Shown here: one piece after another, positions 60,201-64,000 of the stretch | Layout of the letters: every line of letters begins with the position of its first letter | Numbering within the stretch: position 1 is the first letter of the stretch | Assembly (NCBI RefSeq): GCF_000143415.4 | Contig: NW_003314267.1 | Coordinates: 231,777-295,776, forward strand | Length of the DNA: 64,000 nt | Source of the DNA: Selaginella moellendorffii | Lineage: Eukaryota > Plantae > Lycopodiophyta | Direction of reading: 5' to 3' | Program-made: the position numbers and the translations under genes | Notes under the pieces: model-generated | The model's database searches: none | The model's input: the letters and a program-made list of their open reading frames with translations, nothing else | Told to the model about the DNA's origin: nothing

Positions 60201-63200
60201 GATCATCGGATTGAGATTGTTTCGGGTTCTAAACCACCTACGAAGGCTCCATATCGATTGAACATCAAGGAGATGGCTGAACTCAAGAAGCAACTTATAG
60301 AGCTTCTTGACAAAGGTCATATCCGACCAAGCAAGTCACTTTATGGAGCGTTGGTCCTTTTCGTTATGAAAAAGGATGGAACCATGAGGATGTGTATTAA
60401 CTATTGGGCACTCAACAAGATCACGGTTAAAAACAGTTATCCTTTGTCTCGCATTGATGACTTGTTTGACCAACTCTGAAAAGCTAAGTATTTTACGCGA
60501 CTTGATTTGCGGTCTGGGTATCATTAGATACGGGTGGCAGATCAGGATGTGGAGAAGACAGCCTTTAAGACTCGGTACGGATCTTATGAGTTCCTTGTCA
60601 TGTCGTTTGGGTTATGCAATGCTCCAGCAACATTCAGCACTATGATGGATAGAATATTTGGAGATTATTTGAATGCATTTGTTGTCCTATATATAGACGA
60701 TGTTCTAATTTTTAGTGAAACGTTGGAGGATCATTTGAAACAATTGGAGCTGGTGTTTCAGAAGTTGCGCAAACATAAACTGTATGCTAAAGAAAGTAAT
60801 TGCGCTTTTGGTCAATTGCACGTAAACTTTCTTGGACATATAGTTGGTGCTAGCGTGATTGAGGTCGATCCAAAGAAGGTGGAAGCAGTGAAGTCCGGGG
60901 AATTCCCGATCACTGTATTAGATGTTCGTTTCTTTCTCAGTTTGGCGGGATACTATCGTAAGTTTGTCTGCAATTTTGCAAGGATTGCTCTTCCGTTGAC
61001 TGAGTTGACAAAGAGTAGTATTCCGTTTCATTGGACACCAACTTGTCAATGTGCTTTTGTATGGTTGAAGGAGATCTTGACTACGGTTCCTGTTCTCAGG
61101 ATCCCAGATCTTGATAAACCCTTCGACGTGCATTGTGATGCATCTGGCTATGCTATCGGTGCCATGTTGCAGCAAGATTGTGATAATGCGGTTGGTGTTA
61201 CGCTAAGGCGATATGGTTGTCCCGTTGTGTTCTATTCCAAGAAATTAGATGAGACCTAACGAAGATGGCCAACGCATGAGAAAGAGATGTTTGCTATAAT
61301 GTTGGCCCTGGAACACTGGAGACACTACTTGGGTGGACACACCAAGGTTTATACATATAGTAACACACTGAGCTACTTTGCTACACAGTCTAAGCTTATG
61401 CCGAAGCAGGCTCATTGGCAAGAGAAGCTTGCTAGATATGATATTGAAATCATATATAAACCTGGTAAAGACAATATTGTTCCGGATGCATTAAGTCGTC
61501 AGGCTCAGTTCCGGGCAATATCGGCAATCAGTTCAAACTGGTTAGAAGACATTCGGACTTCATATGGAAGTGATCCATTGGCAAAGGCAATCTTATGCCG
61601 TGCGGGGTTGTTGAAGTAGAGCCCTAGTAGTGAAGCAGCAAAAGTTGCTAGTCACACTTATGTGAAGCTTCACTTCTCGGTTTGGGATGGGCTTATATTC
61701 TATAAGCAAGAAAGATTGTATCTTCCCTCTAAGGATTTGTAGAAGTTATTTCTGTGGGAACATCATGATGTTCCCCGCAGCGGGACATGGTGGGAAGCAA
61801 AAGACTCTGGCTTCATTGAAAAAGGGATTTTTCTGGTCTGGTATGGAAGGTGATGTAGCGGATTATGTCCGTTCCTGCCCTATATGCTAACAATGTAAGC
61901 GCAGAGATGAAAAGCAGGCTGGAAAGTTGCAGTGCATTCCAGCACCAGCATGGCCATTTCAAAGTGTGACACTTGATTTCGTCACTTGCTTGCCAAAGTC
62001 TAAGGGTTATGATACTTTGATGGTGGTTGTGGATTGGTTGTCGAAGATTACACACTTCATTCCAACTGTGGGAACAGTGAATGCGAAACAAGCAGCAAAG
62101 CTCTTTTTCCATGAAGTAGTGCGAGTTCATGGAGTGATCTCGGATAGAGATTCGAGGTTTACGGGGAAGTTTTGGGGCACGCTATTCCAGTTGTTTGGTA
62201 CTAAGTTAAAGTTTAGTATGACTTATCATCCTCAAACTGATGGGCAGACCGAACGCTTGAATGCTCAAGTTGAGGATTATCTGCGGTACTATGTCGTGGC
62301 GGACCAATGCGACTGGGTTGAGCATTTAGACACAGTAGAAATCTGTTATAACAACACATTTCACAGTGCTATAGGCTGTTCTCCATGGGAGATGCTGCAA
62401 AGGAATGCTCGTGGGGTTCCTCAACAGATTGTTGTACCGAAACTAATGACCGAAGTGTTGGTCCCAGCCGTTGAAACTTATGCAGAGCAGCTATGCCAAG
62501 GTTGGTCTAGAGTTGGACCTTATTGGGTGTTGAAACGCATTGGTGATGTATCCTATCAGTTGGATCTTCCTGCGGAGATGTCCAATCGTCATAATGTATT
62601 TCATGCCAATCTCTTAGCTCCATACGCTATGGATGATCCACGTCAAGCAGAAATTTGTCCACCACCACAAGTTGTGGATGGTGAACCTGAATATGAAGTG
62701 GAAGCTATTTTGGGTATACGTTGGCTTAAACGTGCCAAACGTCGAGAGTATTTAGTTAAGTGAAAGGGTTACCCATCTTGTGAATCAATTTGGGAGCCTC
62801 TTAGGAATCTTACACATGCTCGTGAGCTTGTCACAGAGTATGAGAATCGTAATAAAGATTAGCTTTTGTAAACTTTGTAATAAATCTTGCAAATTAATAA
62901 AGTAATATATTTCTATAAATCAAAGTGTCGTTTCTCTCGCTCATTCGTACTTGGGTCAGTTTTGGCAGGCTGACTTGGGGATAAGTCCATATAAATCCAT
63001 AACCATGGGGATAACTATTATAGACTGATCACAAGTCCCTACCTCTCTCTCGATGACTCACTTTTGAAAAGGGGCGTGGTCGTGTAAACAACTTAATCTG
63101 CCAATTTATAATAGTTGTCTAAATCTTTCTGACGGGGTTGATTTCTTGCTTAGGGGAAGTTGGGCCTCTGGCCTTCTCCTTATGTCCCTACAGGCAGGGA

Positions 63201-64000
63201 TGTATCATTCCTTTGTAAGCCGAGTGGTACTCTGAGAAGCAAGGGTGGCTAACTCTGTTAGTCATTTCCTTGTCGGTGACAGCCGGAGGGTGTCTAAGTC
63301 TTAACATCTTTGGACGTAGAGGAGAGGTCATTCCATAACTCATTTAAGTCGGTGTGTTTCCCACATAGTGTGCTTTCCGTTAACTTTCAGAGTTGTTTCC
63401 TGGACGGTTTGCTAGACTTGGGTATGCATCAACAAGGACGTCGATCTTCCCCAAGGGGGGGAGAGTGTTGCAAATGTGACTTCAGGTATTGAAAGATACT
63501 TGTCGGCCAATCCTTATGGGCACTCTTTCCTTACTGCCACGACGGCAGAAGATCGGTACTACTAGTTCCCTTTATTATCCCCTCTTGTCCAAGTGTTAGT
63601 AAATTGGACTTAGCATCTGTACTTGGCTGGATGAGCATAAGAAAGGAATTCCTAAGTGTCTATTTAGCCAAGCATACTTGGCCCGACTTGTTAGTTCTCT
63701 TTTGCTCTGTCTTGCACTGGCTTGGCAAAAACCCTCACGTAATGAGACTAATCCCTCAATATCGCCGGATGATAGCTTACTATGTCTGCCAAACACCCTT
63801 GCTATCACGCCCTTTGTGTTGGTCTCATTTTGGCTATTTATGGAAAGTGTCTAGATTAGCTCATTTGGCATATTTACGGAATGTAGAGATTGGCCTGAAC
63901 ACAATGGTGTTTGTCCCGTGTCCAAAGTCGCAATCTAAGGACATTCCATATTTGGTAAGTTTCAAGCTTGTCCCAGAGACTAACTCCTGGTACTAATGGA
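57221..64000 (+). mobile_element. Ty3/Gypsy chromovirus LTR retrotransposon (family B); 3' LTR truncated by window edge
   Basis: 5' LTR 57221-58135; PBS TGGTATCA; PPT AAGGGGGGGAGAG 63453-63465; 3' LTR from 63466. Confidence 0.93.
58308..62861 (+). pseudogene. Disrupted gag-pol (gag, PR, RT, RH, IN, chromodomain)
   Basis: Zn-knuckle CFHCGELGH; PR MIDKGVTHN; RT KTAFKTRYGSYEF..LYIDD; RH DASGYAIG; IN YHPQTDGQTER; chromodomain EYEVEAIL...EYLVK*KGYP..ESIWEP; many stops. Confidence 0.92.

Overview
Repeat-rich eukaryotic (land-plant) genomic window; Cassandra TRIMs and very short introns fit a vascular, possibly seed-free, plant, but that is an inference. It opens with the 3' part of a kinase-less LRR receptor-like gene whose island domain resembles BRI1/BRL. 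The main content is two independently inserted copies of a ~12.6-12.8 kb DNA transposon (1201-13791 and 26494-39285), each with 24-bp TIRs and its own 4-bp TSD (ATGA, TTTA). The element has two divergent genes. One is a Sola-like DDD transposase with a TAG-CAA-CCA stop shared by both copies. The other is a ~1,650-1,700 aa cargo gene that the ORF track shows only as fragments. It can be rebuilt through eight tiny phase-1 introns as ParB/Srx-like + degenerate DNA amino-methyltransferase-like + acidic linker + FCP1/NIF HAD phosphatase-like. About 20 copies of a 22-bp palindrome (ATGGCRTGWGGCCWCAYGCCAT) and a 192-bp hairpin are spread through the element. The rest of the window is a nest of LTR retroelements: Cassandra TRIMs, non-coding family-A LTR elements and solo LTRs, decayed Copia and Gypsy pol, and a chromovirus. 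It also holds a captured RecQ helicase exon and a 100-N gap. All domain assignments come from motif recognition by eye; no searches were run.
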